From a virus (Duplodnaviria; Caudoviricetes): a stretch of DNA of 26,836 bases. Below the pieces are notes generated by a model. The model searched no databases and was not told the origin of the DNA. It saw nothing but the letters and a program-made list of their open reading frames with translations. The position numbers and the translations under genes were made by a program. Of the stretch, positions 1-8,676 are shown piece after piece (positions within the stretch are counted from its first letter, which is position 1; each line of letters starts with the position of its first letter). The DNA lies in the IMG/VR virus record IMGVR_UViG_3300005254_000140, positions 1 to 26,836 of that record, one strand, 5' to 3'.

Positions 1-756
1 AGCCAGGGTGCGCAGGGTGGCCTCGAACGCGGTAGCGGCCATCTCGCTGCTGCCGGTGCCCATGCGGATGACCTGCAGCGCCGCGCCCATTTCCTTCATC
101 GCCTGCGTTCCTTGCCTGCCTGCGGCGTTATAGGCGGAGACCACACGCGGCCCGAGACTGGCCAGATCCTTGAGGGTGAAGGCGCCTTCCTTGCCCTGCT
201 CGTTCAGCGCATCAATGGTTTTGAGCACCTCACCCGGGGCGGTGATGCCCTGCTTCTGGAACTCCGCCAGCATCGCGCCGACTGCCTGCCCGCTGGCGCC
301 GGTCGCCTGGATGGCGAGGCCAATGTTGCGGATGTTGTTTTGCGCGAACTCGAGATCGCCGGTCTTCTCGACGATGTCCTCGATGGCGCTGATCATCTCG
401 CCCGGGTCGACGCGGATGTCCGGCGCCTGCGCGACATCGAACACCTGTTGCTTGAGTTTATCCACCTTGTCGGCGCTGAGGCCGGCGTTGATGCCGAGGC
501 GAGTGTAGCGCTCGGAGAGGTCGCCAACCTGCTTGACCGCCAGCGCCACAGTGGCGCCGGAGATCAGGCCGATGTAGCGGTTGCCAATCTTGTCGAGCCC
601 GCGCCCGGCGATATGCGACATGCGCGCCATGCCGCTGAGGTGCTGCTCGCCGCGCTTACCCATGCGCTCAAGAGCTTTTTCAAACGCCTTGGAGCGCTGA
701 ATGAGGTTGCCATCAAGATCAATCCCTACAGATTGCTTTAGATCGCCTTTCGCCAT
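1..756 (-). CDS. Tail tape measure protein, N-terminal part (runs off the window start)
   Basis: Translated by hand (absent from the ORF track): MAKGDLKQSVGIDLDGNLIQRSKAFEKALERMG...ERYTRLGINAG...GKEGAFTLKDLASLGPRV..., open from ATG 756 to base 1. Ala/Gly-rich helical sequence directly after the tube and chaperone genes. Confidence 0.9.
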   Translation of the reverse strand, partial: MAKGDLKQSVGIDLDGNLIQRSKAFEKALERMGKRGEQHLSGMARMSHIAGRGLDKIGNRYIGLISGATVALAVKQVGDLSERYTRLGINAGLSADKVDKLKQQVFDVAQAPDIRVDPGEMISAIEDIVEKTGDLEFAQNNIRNIGLAIQATGASGQAVGAMLAEFQKQGITAPGEVLKTIDALNEQGKEGAFTLKDLASLGPRVVSAYNAAGRQGTQAMKEMGAALQVIRMGTGSSEMAATAFEATLRTLA

Positions 757-903
757 TACGGTGTCATCTCTCTGATGTACCTCATCTGCCGCAGCAGTTG
801 GCACATGGTCTTACTGCGCACATCGCGCTCGCTGTAACCGAAGCGCACCACGAACACGACGACGGTGCGTTCAAGCTCCCTGGCCGTCGTCTTCAGCTCG
901 CCC
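756..903 (-). CDS. Frameshift extension of the tail assembly chaperone (gpGT-like C-terminus)
   Basis: The -2 frame after CGG-GGG-CGA (898-906) reads GELKTTARELERTVVVFVVRFGYSERDVRSKTMCQLLRQMRYIREMTP*. Its TAA overlaps the tape measure ATG (TAATG). Confidence 0.75.
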
Positions 904-1245
904 CCGCGAGATGAGCGCCTCCAGTGCGCTCTGGGCGGCTTTGTCCAGCTCTGCGGCCTTTACCTGCAGCAGCAGCATGTCATCGGGGTGGAGTTTCTTG
1001 AGCAGCTCCAGGGTGAACGGCACCTCGGCGCCGCCGATGCTTTTGATCTGCCGACACAACAGCAGCGCGCCCATGAGCGTGGGGCTGGAGACCAGCGCCG
1101 GGCCTTGCGCTGTGAACACGGCCCGCTCGCTCTGCTCGCCGCACTCCAGCAGGTCGGCCACGGTGGGCTCGGCGAGCACCACGCGCGTTTGCGTGGTGTC
1201 GCCGATTTTCAAACCATGCTTGAGATCGAACTCAACCTGTGCCAT
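871..1245 (-). CDS. Tail assembly chaperone (Mu gp41-like)
   Basis: 124 aa between tube and tape measure; LKHGL...EPTVADLL...LKKLHPDDM pattern; ends in the SRGR slippery motif. Confidence 0.85.
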   Translation of the reverse strand: MAQVEFDLKHGLKIGDTTQTRVVLAEPTVADLLECGEQSERAVFTAQGPALVSSPTLMGALLLCRQIKSIGGAEVPFTLELLKKLHPDDMLLLQVKAAELDKAAQSALEALISRGRAEDDGQGA

Positions 1246-1248
1246 CGG

Positions 1249-1608
1249 TTACACCTCGTCGCAGGCGATGGCTTCCATCTTCAGCGAGACGGTTCCGTCC
1301 TTGCTGTTGAGGGCGGCCGGTTCGGTGACCCAGGCATCGCGCAGGATGAATTGCGCGCCGGTGTCGGTCTCGAACAACACGGTGGCGCCGGTGATGTCGG
1401 AGAGCTCGCGCAGGGAGGTCTCCTTGTTGTGGAACACGGTGCACTCCATGGAAGGCGCAACGTCCTCCTCCTGGTAGCCGTGCACCTCGCCTCCGCCCAT
1501 CACGGCGGAACGGTTGGAGCCGCCCGGGTTCAGGGTGGCGCCGCTGTCGGTTTTGACGCGCTTGCCGTCGACGGTGATGATGGCGCGGCCGGTGATTTTT
1601 TTGCTCAT
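1249..1608 (-). CDS. Contractile tail tube protein (Mu gpM-like)
   Basis: 119 aa, ITGRAIITVDG...GATLNPGG...ATVLFETDTG; downstream of the sheath gene. Confidence 0.85.
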   Translation of the reverse strand: MSKKITGRAIITVDGKRVKTDSGATLNPGGSNRSAVMGGGEVHGYQEEDVAPSMECTVFHNKETSLRELSDITGATVLFETDTGAQFILRDAWVTEPAALNSKDGTVSLKMEAIACDEV

Positions 1609-1659
1609 CGTGGTATCTCCTGTTATCCGCCACCAGCCTGAGCCAGCGGCGGCAGTTGG

Positions 1660-1848
1660 TTACGCTACCTCTTTAACCACCAGGTACTGCTCGGCCCACA
1701 CCATGCCGTCGCAGATGGCGGTCGGGTAGTTCAGCTCCTGCTCCCCGATAAGCACGTCCGGCTCATCTCCTTCCGTCTTCTGCCAGGTCTGCACCACCAG
1801 CTTGTGGTCGGAGGTGTCGGCGTTTTCGATGCGTACTTTTTTAGTCAT
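1660..1848 (-). CDS. Small hypothetical protein between sheath and tube
   Basis: 62-aa ORF with a GAGGA ribosome-binding site and GC3-rich codons, co-oriented with the operon. Confidence 0.7.
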   Translation of the reverse strand: MTKKVRIENADTSDHKLVVQTWQKTEGDEPDVLIGEQELNYPTAICDGMVWAEQYLVVKEVA

Positions 1849-1875
1849 TGCTTGCTTCCTCTTGTTGCGTTAGAT

Positions 1876-1912
1876 CCTCACCCTACCCTCTCCCCGGATG
1901 GGAGAGGGTGAG
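1876..1912. repeat. BoxC/REP-like palindromic element
   Basis: cctcaccct-accctctccc-cggat-gggagagggt-gag: a 10-bp perfect stem with a pyrimidine-rich leader, immediately after the sheath stop codon. Confidence 0.55.
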
Positions 1913-1918
1913 CAATCG

Positions 1919-3388
1919 TTACTTGCGGAACTGCACCTGCTGGGCATGCACGCGGTACTGGCCGACCAGCTTGGGGCTGTCCTGAATGTTCAGGCGGTTA
2001 CGGTCGCCGCCGCCGATGCCGTCGCCGATCTCGCAGACAATGCTCTGCTTGTAGCCGTCATAGTCCTGCACCCAGCCCTTGTTTTCCTGGCTGCGGTACA
2101 GCGCGAGCAGCTCGGCCTTGCCGAGCTTGGGCTGCATGACGGACTGGCCGGCGCCGATGCGGGCGTCGTCTTCGGCGAGCTTGTGGCGCGGGTACTTGGA
2201 GCTGAACAGCTGGCGCTGCTCGAAGCGGATCTGCTCCAGCGTCTCGGGTACGGTGATGTCGAGGTAGGAGTCGTCGGCGATGTCGGCGGCGTTCACCTGG
2301 TACATGGTGATCTGCCGCTCGATCATCACACTGCCGTCGCTGCCGACCTTGTAGCTGGCGATGCCGTCGAACAGCAGCAGATTGCGCTCGGCATCGGTCC
2401 AGCGGGTTTCGATGGCCGGCGCCATGATGTAGGGCAGCTTGAGCGTCTGCAGCGGGCGGGCCGGGTCGATGCTGAGCGAAGCGGCGGCGATCACCGCGTT
2501 CACCGCGGCCCAGATGTAGGGCGGCTGGGGCGCGATGTTGGTGCCCATGCAGGTGACGTGCGGATTGTTGCGCGCATCGCCGTGGGTAACGGTGTCGGCA
2601 TGGTTGCCACGGAAGGCGGTGAAGGCGCGCGCGCCGATCTGCCGGGTCGGTCCCCAGCGGCTGTCGAGCTCGGTCTCCAGCTTAACCAGGTTGGCGGTGT
2701 CAGTGAACGGGCAGACGATCCAGTTGTACCACTCGTCGCCCATCACCGCGATGGCGGTGTCGAGATCCGGGTTGGTGGTGCCGCTGGCCATGTCGACGAT
2801 GGTGCAGGTGATGCCCTTCGGCAGCTGCTCGCCGTAGTAACCGGTGCGCACATCGATGTCGTTGCCGGTCTCGCCCTTCCAGCGGGCGGTGAGCGTGACC
2901 ACGCCCAGCGCGGCGGCTGCGGTGACCGGCAGAGTGGTGTCGGCCGTGATGGCGGCGGCGATGGCCGCGGCGATGGCGGTGGCATCGTCGGTGGCGGTGA
3001 CGGCCACGTTCACCTGCTTGCCGGCGACGTACAGCGCGAGGGTGCCGGTACTGGTGGCGGTGCCGGCGATGGTGATCGTGCCGGTGGCGACGACGCCTGC
3101 GGCGGCTTCATCCAGGGCGATGGCAGTGATGTTCATCCACTGGTTGGCGGCGAACAGTGCGATCAGCTGCTCGGCCAGCATGGAGCCGCGACCGAAATAC
3201 TCCTCGGCCTGCGCCGGGGAGGTGACGCGGGTCGGCACGCCCTCGGCCACAGTGCCGGCGGCGAGGCGCTGGCCGACCACCAGGATCTTGAAATTGGGCG
3301 CGGCGTTGTTGGCCAGCGAGTTGTCGAACTCGACATACACGCCGGGGACACGCAGCGCGGCCGGGATGGCATTGAATGAAATCGGCAT
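1919..3388 (-). CDS. Tail sheath protein (Mu gpL-like)
   Basis: 489 aa; MPISFNAIPAALRVPGVYVEFDNS start, FGRGSML, DPARPLQTL, YPRHKLA motifs typical of Mu-type sheaths. Confidence 0.95.
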   Translation of the reverse strand: MPISFNAIPAALRVPGVYVEFDNSLANNAAPNFKILVVGQRLAAGTVAEGVPTRVTSPAQAEEYFGRGSMLAEQLIALFAANQWMNITAIALDEAAAGVVATGTITIAGTATSTGTLALYVAGKQVNVAVTATDDATAIAAAIAAAITADTTLPVTAAAALGVVTLTARWKGETGNDIDVRTGYYGEQLPKGITCTIVDMASGTTNPDLDTAIAVMGDEWYNWIVCPFTDTANLVKLETELDSRWGPTRQIGARAFTAFRGNHADTVTHGDARNNPHVTCMGTNIAPQPPYIWAAVNAVIAAASLSIDPARPLQTLKLPYIMAPAIETRWTDAERNLLLFDGIASYKVGSDGSVMIERQITMYQVNAADIADDSYLDITVPETLEQIRFEQRQLFSSKYPRHKLAEDDARIGAGQSVMQPKLGKAELLALYRSQENKGWVQDYDGYKQSIVCEIGDGIGGGDRNRLNIQDSPKLVGQYRVHAQQVQFRK

Positions 3389-3395
3389 GACTCAG

Positions 3396-3581
3396 TTACT
3401 CCTTGTTGTTGCCGGGCTTGGCCGGGCGCTTGACCTCGACCACGCTGCCGTCACGGAGACGACGCACCCAGTAGGTGGTGCGCTCCACTTCCGCACCCGC
3501 TTCGGGCAGGAACTCGCGCTTGCCCTCCAGGTGCACCTTGTTGCCGGGCCTGGCCGGCTTGATGGTGATTTTGTTGCTCAT
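3396..3581 (-). CDS. DUF2635-like small protein (Mu gp38-like)
   Basis: 61 aa with the LPEAGAEV...YWVRRLRDGSV motif, immediately upstream of the sheath gene. Confidence 0.8.
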   Translation of the reverse strand: MSNKITIKPARPGNKVHLEGKREFLPEAGAEVERTTYWVRRLRDGSVVEVKRPAKPGNNKE

Positions 3582-3584
3582 GGA

Positions 3585-4151
3585 TTACCCCTTGGGTGTG
3601 TCAGGTAGGTTGGTGTTATCGAGAGCGGCCGGCTCGTCTGCGCCTGCCGTCATGCTGTGATCGGCATCGACGTTATCCAGGTCACCGACGCTGATGGTGA
3701 CCACGCTCACGCCGTCTGCCGGGTTGGCGCTCCAGATGTTTTCGCCGATGCTGAGGCCGAGGCGAAACTCCACGGCCCAGACCAGGTAGGCCTGCAGCTC
3801 CGGCTTGAAGTTGTCTTCGCTGACACGCAATACCTCGGCGTTCTGCGCAACATCATCACTGCCGAAATCTTCTTCTTGAGAAACACGCACTGCGACGGTG
3901 GCGGCAAGGTTGCGCACTTCATGCTGTGCATTCGCGGCGTTCGGGTCATAGATGCAGTACGCCGTGAAGCGCGCCCAGCAATCGAAAGCGGCGTCTTCAC
4001 CGAAGTCGTCAGGCTCCAGCTCTTCCAGTTCCACCAGCACGGCGGGGATTGAGACCCTGCGCTCGATCTTCGGGTAGTCATCGCAGGTGGCAAGGCCGGG
4101 GATATCGGCATTCAGGCGAGCGACGATGGTGGAGTGCAAGGCGTCAAGCAC
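3585..4151 (-). CDS. Putative tail terminator/completion protein
   Basis: 188 aa acidic protein (PAVLVEL...YLVWAVEF); assigned mainly from its position between neck genes and sheath. Confidence 0.55.
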   Translation of the reverse strand: MLDALHSTIVARLNADIPGLATCDDYPKIERRVSIPAVLVELEELEPDDFGEDAAFDCWARFTAYCIYDPNAANAQHEVRNLAATVAVRVSQEEDFGSDDVAQNAEVLRVSEDNFKPELQAYLVWAVEFRLGLSIGENIWSANPADGVSVVTISVGDLDNVDADHSMTAGADEPAALDNTNLPDTPKG

Positions 4152-4719
4152 GTTTCTTTCCTTTTACAAATACCTGGTATTTGAGTTCCTGTTTCAGCAC
4201 GGTGAAAAAGCGCTGCTGCGCCTGGCCGAACAATTCATCCAGCGCATCGGTGACGGCCTGCTGGTCGAGGTCCAGCTCCACGCGCTCGATGGGCTCGCGC
4301 ATCTTGCCGGCGTAACGCCCCTTGCTCATCCTGCGCTTCGGCTCGCCGGTGCGCTGGAAGACGGTGAGCTTGCCATTTTCGGTCGTACGAACGAAGGCGC
4401 CATCGAATGAGTGACGTCCGGCGCGCACCCCTTTACGGGTCTGCTTGGCGGCGCCCAGGCGGTGCGCCGCGATCGGCTGCAGGCCGGCCCACACCTTCCC
4501 GTAGCGTTTGCGCCGGGTGGCCTTGAAGGCCGCGATGCGCTGGCGCACCAGCTTGGCCGCGACCTTCATCTCCTTGCTCACGGACTGCACCGCCTTCGAG
4601 CGCAGCCAGTTGACCGTCTTGTTCAGCGCACGAACCTCGGCCGCCTCCATCTGCTTCATGCTGGCGCCAAAGGCGTCGGCCAGGATGACAACACCATGGG
4701 TGTCGATAGTGAGTTGCAT
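4144..4719 (-). CDS. Minor tail protein Z-like (neck/tail completion)
   Basis: 191 aa, very basic, RALNKTV and HSFDGAF motifs. Confidence 0.7.
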   Translation of the reverse strand: MQLTIDTHGVVILADAFGASMKQMEAAEVRALNKTVNWLRSKAVQSVSKEMKVAAKLVRQRIAAFKATRRKRYGKVWAGLQPIAAHRLGAAKQTRKGVRAGRHSFDGAFVRTTENGKLTVFQRTGEPKRRMSKGRYAGKMREPIERVELDLDQQAVTDALDELFGQAQQRFFTVLKQELKYQVFVKGKKRA

Positions 4720-4991
4720 CAGCCCTTAAACCCCAGGCCGATTGCCGCCAGCGCCAGTGACCCGATGATTGCCAGGCCGAGAAACGCGCGCCAGAACAGG
4801 GTGCGTGCGTTGCGGTAGGCGTTAATCAGATCGCGCAGGGTGTGGATATCGTCGTCCTCCAGTTTGCGGATACGGCGGTGGTCCTGATAGTGCGATTCCG
4901 GGTCCACCCAGAACTCATGTTTCTGCGCGTGTATCCGCTCGATGAGCTGGTCGGCAACGCGGTCGATGTCGGCGGAATCCAGCGGCATCAC
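4719..4991 (-). CDS. Small membrane protein with one C-terminal TM helix (possible holin/antiholin)
   Basis: C-terminal LFWRAFLGLAIIGSLALAAIGLGF; overlaps both neighbours (translational coupling). Confidence 0.6.
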   Translation of the reverse strand: MMPLDSADIDRVADQLIERIHAQKHEFWVDPESHYQDHRRIRKLEDDDIHTLRDLINAYRNARTLFWRAFLGLAIIGSLALAAIGLGFKG

Positions 4992-5530
4992 GTCCGCCCC
5001 TTTTTACCGAAGCCGTCGAAGGTGCGCATGGTCATGTAGGTACCGCAGGGGGAGAACAGCACGGCGGCAACCGCAACATCTGCACCAGGCACGGAACCGC
5101 TCCAGGCAACACTGATCAGGTGCGCCGCTTCTGCCACCAGGCAATAGCCGATAGTGGCGTAACCGGATAGGCGCGCAATCTTCGGCCGCGTCTCCTTGAC
5201 GTAGTCAGTGCCGTGCTCCGCCTCGGTCTGGATGGTCTTTTGACTGGCCGCATGGCGCGCGGTTTCCGCTTCCAGGTCCGCCTTGTGGCGTTCCAGTGCG
5301 AGTTCCTCCAGGCGCTCCTTGTGGCGGGTTTCGATTTCGCGCAACTTCAATGCGGCTTGCGGGTCGTTCTCGATGGCCCGCTTGATGGCTGCCGGGTCAT
5401 CGGCGTCCACGCCGAACGCCGAGGCCACCAGCTTGCCGATAGCGGCACCGCCAGGGCCGGCGATAGCGCCGCCCAACAAAGGCGCCGCCTTGGCGACGGT
5501 ATTGCCGAGATCACTCCAAAAGTCGCTCAC
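4988..5530 (-). CDS. Putative holin (3TM/GTA-release-like)
   Basis: N-terminal APLLGGAIAGPGG, a coiled coil, then RP followed by two hydrophobic helices. Confidence 0.55.
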   Translation of the reverse strand: MSDFWSDLGNTVAKAAPLLGGAIAGPGGAAIGKLVASAFGVDADDPAAIKRAIENDPQAALKLREIETRHKERLEELALERHKADLEAETARHAASQKTIQTEAEHGTDYVKETRPKIARLSGYATIGYCLVAEAAHLISVAWSGSVPGADVAVAAVLFSPCGTYMTMRTFDGFGKKGRT

Positions 5531-5540
5531 ACGCTCCCCC

Positions 5541-5864
5541 TTAACTCAGCGGCTTCAGCACCAGCACAGTCAGGCCGGTGCCGTCCGGTTGCATATCCAC
5601 GATTTCGTATTCAGAACTTTTCACCGTGAGCGTGCTGGTGCCTTCCACCACCGCGCTCAGGTCAACGCTCTGGTCAACGGTGAACTGCGGCTCGACGATC
5701 TCCGTCCGCAGTGTGCCGATGCGTGGCTGCAGCCATGGTGCGACAAACTCCCCTTTGACCGGCACGAGCGTGACGCCGGTTCCTGCAACGTCCAGCAGGG
5801 CGCTGTCGCCCACGACGTTGAGCAGCGTCTTGTCGATACCGGCAAAGGTTTGTCCGAAGTCCAT
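5541..5864 (-). CDS. Head-tail joining/closure protein (gpFII-like)
   Basis: 107 aa beta-rich protein ending PDGTGLTVLVL; position after the capsid genes. Confidence 0.7.
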   Translation of the reverse strand: MDFGQTFAGIDKTLLNVVGDSALLDVAGTGVTLVPVKGEFVAPWLQPRIGTLRTEIVEPQFTVDQSVDLSAVVEGTSTLTVKSSEYEIVDMQPDGTGLTVLVLKPLS

Positions 5865-5879
5865 GGCTGCGTTATCGCC

Positions 5880-6248
5880 TTAGCTGTACTTCTTTTCGCC
5901 GACCATGCTCAGCGAGCGGCTGAAGGTGTGAGTGGTGCCTGCCACGGTGTCCACTCCACGCACGTACTTCTTGAGGCTGTCTGCGCTGAGGATGATGGAC
6001 TCGAAGGCGGCCGCAGCATTGGTGACCTGCGTGAACGCGCCGCCGGTTACGGCGGTGTAGGTCACGTCGTCGTCGCTGTGCTCCAGGGTGACGTCCAGGG
6101 TGTCGTCGGCGCCGCCGCCGTTGTCGCTGTCCAGGGTGAATTTGACGTCGCCCTCGAAGGCGCTGATGTCGACGCCGGTGCCGTTGGCGGTTGCGGTGAT
6201 CGCGGCGGCGGCGAGGATGGAAGTGGTGATTACATTTTTTGCACGCAT
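5880..6248 (-). CDS. Putative capsid decoration/cement protein
   Basis: 122 aa, Thr/Ala/Asp-rich beta-sandwich-like (TLDVTLEHSDD...KKYVR); AGGAG RBS. Confidence 0.55.
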   Translation of the reverse strand: MRAKNVITTSILAAAAITATANGTGVDISAFEGDVKFTLDSDNGGGADDTLDVTLEHSDDDVTYTAVTGGAFTQVTNAAAAFESIILSADSLKKYVRGVDTVAGTTHTFSRSLSMVGEKKYS

Positions 6249-6275
6249 TGTCTTGCTCCTGTTCGGTTAGGGTGC

Positions 6276-6297
6276 GCCCGCTCTGGATGGAGCGGGC
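6276..6297. promoter_or_regulatory. Intergenic stem-loop
   Basis: gcccgctc-tggatg-gagcgggc, 8-bp perfect stem; no U-tract on the transcribed (minus) strand. Confidence 0.4.
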
Positions 6298-6306
6298 CTT
6301 CCCGGG

Positions 6307-6750
6307 TTACTTGTTGCCTTTGGCCTTATCCTCGGCAGCCTTGATAATGTCAGCGGCCTTAGCGTTGGCGTCGTCGACGATCTTCCTGGCCTTTTCCTCC
6401 GCGGCCTTGAGGATATCGGCGGCTTTCCCTTCGGCCTCGGAAACGATCTCCTGCTGCAGTTTGGCCAGCTCATCGAGCTCCGCCTGCGCTGCCGCTGCGT
6501 CCGCTTCGCGCTTGGCTTTTTCCCTGGCCTTGCGCTCTTCCTGCGCCTTGCTGTACTCGGCAAGGCGTTTCTTGGCTTGCGCCTCGTCGGCCTCTTTTGC
6601 CCGGGGGCGCGTCATGCGCATCAATGACCGCGCGGTGTCGTCGGTGACATCCTCCGGCACCAGGAGCACGTCACCCTTTTTCACAGCCCTGCCGGCGATA
6701 GCGGTGCCGATGATGATGACGATGGCGCGAATGGTTTTTGGTGTTGCCAT
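6307..6750 (-). CDS. Hypothetical capsid-associated protein with Ala/Lys/Glu coiled coil
   Basis: 147 aa with AAGGAG RBS; repeated KAADI(L/I)KAAE units. Confidence 0.7.
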   Translation of the reverse strand: MATPKTIRAIVIIIGTAIAGRAVKKGDVLLVPEDVTDDTARSLMRMTRPRAKEADEAQAKKRLAEYSKAQEERKAREKAKREADAAAAQAELDELAKLQQEIVSEAEGKAADILKAAEEKARKIVDDANAKAADIIKAAEDKAKGNK

Positions 6751-6822
6751 GATTCTCTCCTTTAACCTGCAGCGCTTCCCTGCGCCTTGTGTTCTGCCGT
6801 GAACGCGGTCAGTGGTTGCGGG

Positions 6823-8676
6823 TTATGAGTTGATGCAGAAGCTTTCTGCATGGCCAATCGCGACATCGGCATCCTGGAACACGCGCAGGATGAGTCCGCC
6901 GGAACCGGCCTTGGTGGCGAGGTCCGGGTTGACATCGATGACGCCCCAGAAGCCGACCATGACATCCTCCCAGTTACCGAACATGAGGGAGTTGGCGGCG
7001 AGCTGGTTGGAGACGGCAACCGGATGGCCGTTGGCGTTGTCGCCATCCATCAGGAACAGGCCGCTGCCGGCGTCCTTGGCGGTGGTCTTGAGGTTGCCGC
7101 GCACGCCGGAGGTGGTGACGTATGCGAGCTTGCCTTCCAGCGCGTTGTCGGCGGCAACGGCAGTTTCGAAGCCGACCAGCTCCGACCAGGTCGGCTCGCC
7201 GGCAGAGGCAATGCTCTGGGTGTTGATACCGGGCATTTTGGAAATGCCGAGCGGCTGGTTGTTGGTGCCGGCGCCGGCCAGGATGCCGTAGTCAACGCCG
7301 AGCGCAGCGCCCTTGAGCAGGGCGTTGTGCACCACGCGCTCCACGCTCGGGCTGCTCTGCTTGAGCAGGCGCCGGGACATCGGCACGCCACCGGCCAGGG
7401 TCTTCGGCGCCATCTTGATCAGGCCGGTATCCATGTCGGTGAGGTTGGCGTCGTCATCGTCGCCAATCCAGCCGAAGATCGGGTTGGTGAGCGCGCGCGG
7501 CAGTTCCAGGTTGCCGTCGAGTCCGTCCATCACGGTGGCACCGAGCTGCATCACCACCGAGCGCGGACGCAGGGTGTCGATGAACATGTCGCTCATGTGC
7601 TGGGTGGCGGTCAGGTCGGCGTTGGTGGTGGCGTTCATCACGCGGGTGACCACATCCAGCGGGACGAAGAAACCGCGTGCCTCGCGGCCCAGGCGGTCGG
7701 TCAGTTCGCGGGAGCACTCCATCTCGAAGGCCGCGGCCTTCATCGCCTTGTGGTCGCCGTTGCGGGCAGCCACCACGGCGTTGATGGCGCGCATCAGGCT
7801 GTAGTTGCGCAGGTCGCCGGCGGAGAGATCCAGGCGGGTATCGGCAGGAGCATCGCCGCGGGTGCCTGCGTTATCCTCGGAGGGCAGGCGTTCCAGGATG
7901 GCGCGCTGCAGGTCCTCTGGGCTTTTGCCCTTGGCGATGTACTCCTCGGCCAGCTCGCGGGCGCCGTACTTGGCATAGCGGGTGCCCATGGCCATCAGGT
8001 CGGCCACGCGCTTCTGCTCGATGGCGCGCACCTCGTTTTCGATGGCGGTACGGTCGACCTGCGCGGGTGCTGCAGGGCTGTTGTTGTCGGCGGTACGGGT
8101 GTTCTGTGCGCCGCCCGGGTTGGTGTTTTCGTCAGGCATGATGTTGTCCTCAACTTCGATTTCAAAAGAATCGCCGGCGGCACGGCCGACACCTACGGAG
8201 ATATCAGCCGGCACGGTGACCAGGCTGATTTCGAGCGGCTCCCAGTCGGTAGCGCGATAGACGTTCGGGCCGTCTTCACGCTCCTCCTCGAGAACCAACT
8301 TGTGAACGCGATAAGCGAAGGAGACAGCGGTAAGGATGCCGTCCAACACATCGCGGAATTTTTCTTCAGCGACAGGGGAATTGCCGAAACGCACCACGGC
8401 CTTGCCGCGGCGGTTTTCGATCTTGATGTCACGCACCGCGCCGATGTGCGTGTTCCAGTTATGATTGAACAACAACGGACCGTTGGCGCGCATGCGATCC
8501 AGCCGCACCGCCTTTGGCGAGTGGTCGAGCACCTCCACGCCGAACCAGCGCTCCACGTCGCGTGTCTCGCTGGAAAAGCTGAGCTCGACCGTGCGCTCCT
8601 CCTCGTTCACCGCCTCGCGGCTGAGCATGAACGACCGCTGCAGCGGTGCGTCGCATTTAATCTTGCGTGTTGCCAT
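6823..8676 (-). CDS. Prohead protease-major capsid protein fusion (HK97 fold)
   Basis: Likely start MATRKIK at 8676 (GAGGA RBS), 617 aa. N-terminal protease motifs LLFNHN, VSFAY and WEPLEISLVTVPAD; low-complexity linker; then capsid domain (PKTLAG, ILAGAGTNNQPLGI, FGNW). Confidence 0.92.
   Translation of the reverse strand: MATRKIKCDAPLQRSFMLSREAVNEEERTVELSFSSETRDVERWFGVEVLDHSPKAVRLDRMRANGPLLFNHNWNTHIGAVRDIKIENRRGKAVVRFGNSPVAEEKFRDVLDGILTAVSFAYRVHKLVLEEEREDGPNVYRATDWEPLEISLVTVPADISVGVGRAAGDSFEIEVEDNIMPDENTNPGGAQNTRTADNNSPAAPAQVDRTAIENEVRAIEQKRVADLMAMGTRYAKYGARELAEEYIAKGKSPEDLQRAILERLPSEDNAGTRGDAPADTRLDLSAGDLRNYSLMRAINAVVAARNGDHKAMKAAAFEMECSRELTDRLGREARGFFVPLDVVTRVMNATTNADLTATQHMSDMFIDTLRPRSVVMQLGATVMDGLDGNLELPRALTNPIFGWIGDDDDANLTDMDTGLIKMAPKTLAGGVPMSRRLLKQSSPSVERVVHNALLKGAALGVDYGILAGAGTNNQPLGISKMPGINTQSIASAGEPTWSELVGFETAVAADNALEGKLAYVTTSGVRGNLKTTAKDAGSGLFLMDGDNANGHPVAVSNQLAANSLMFGNWEDVMVGFWGVIDVNPDLATKAGSGGLILRVFQDADVAIGHAESFCINS

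Noticed and set aside
6760-6828. CTTTAAC...GTTATGA interval after the capsid stop, superficially attC-like
   Set aside because: It has no L boxes, spacer geometry or paired inner arms; only an imperfect terminal inverted repeat.
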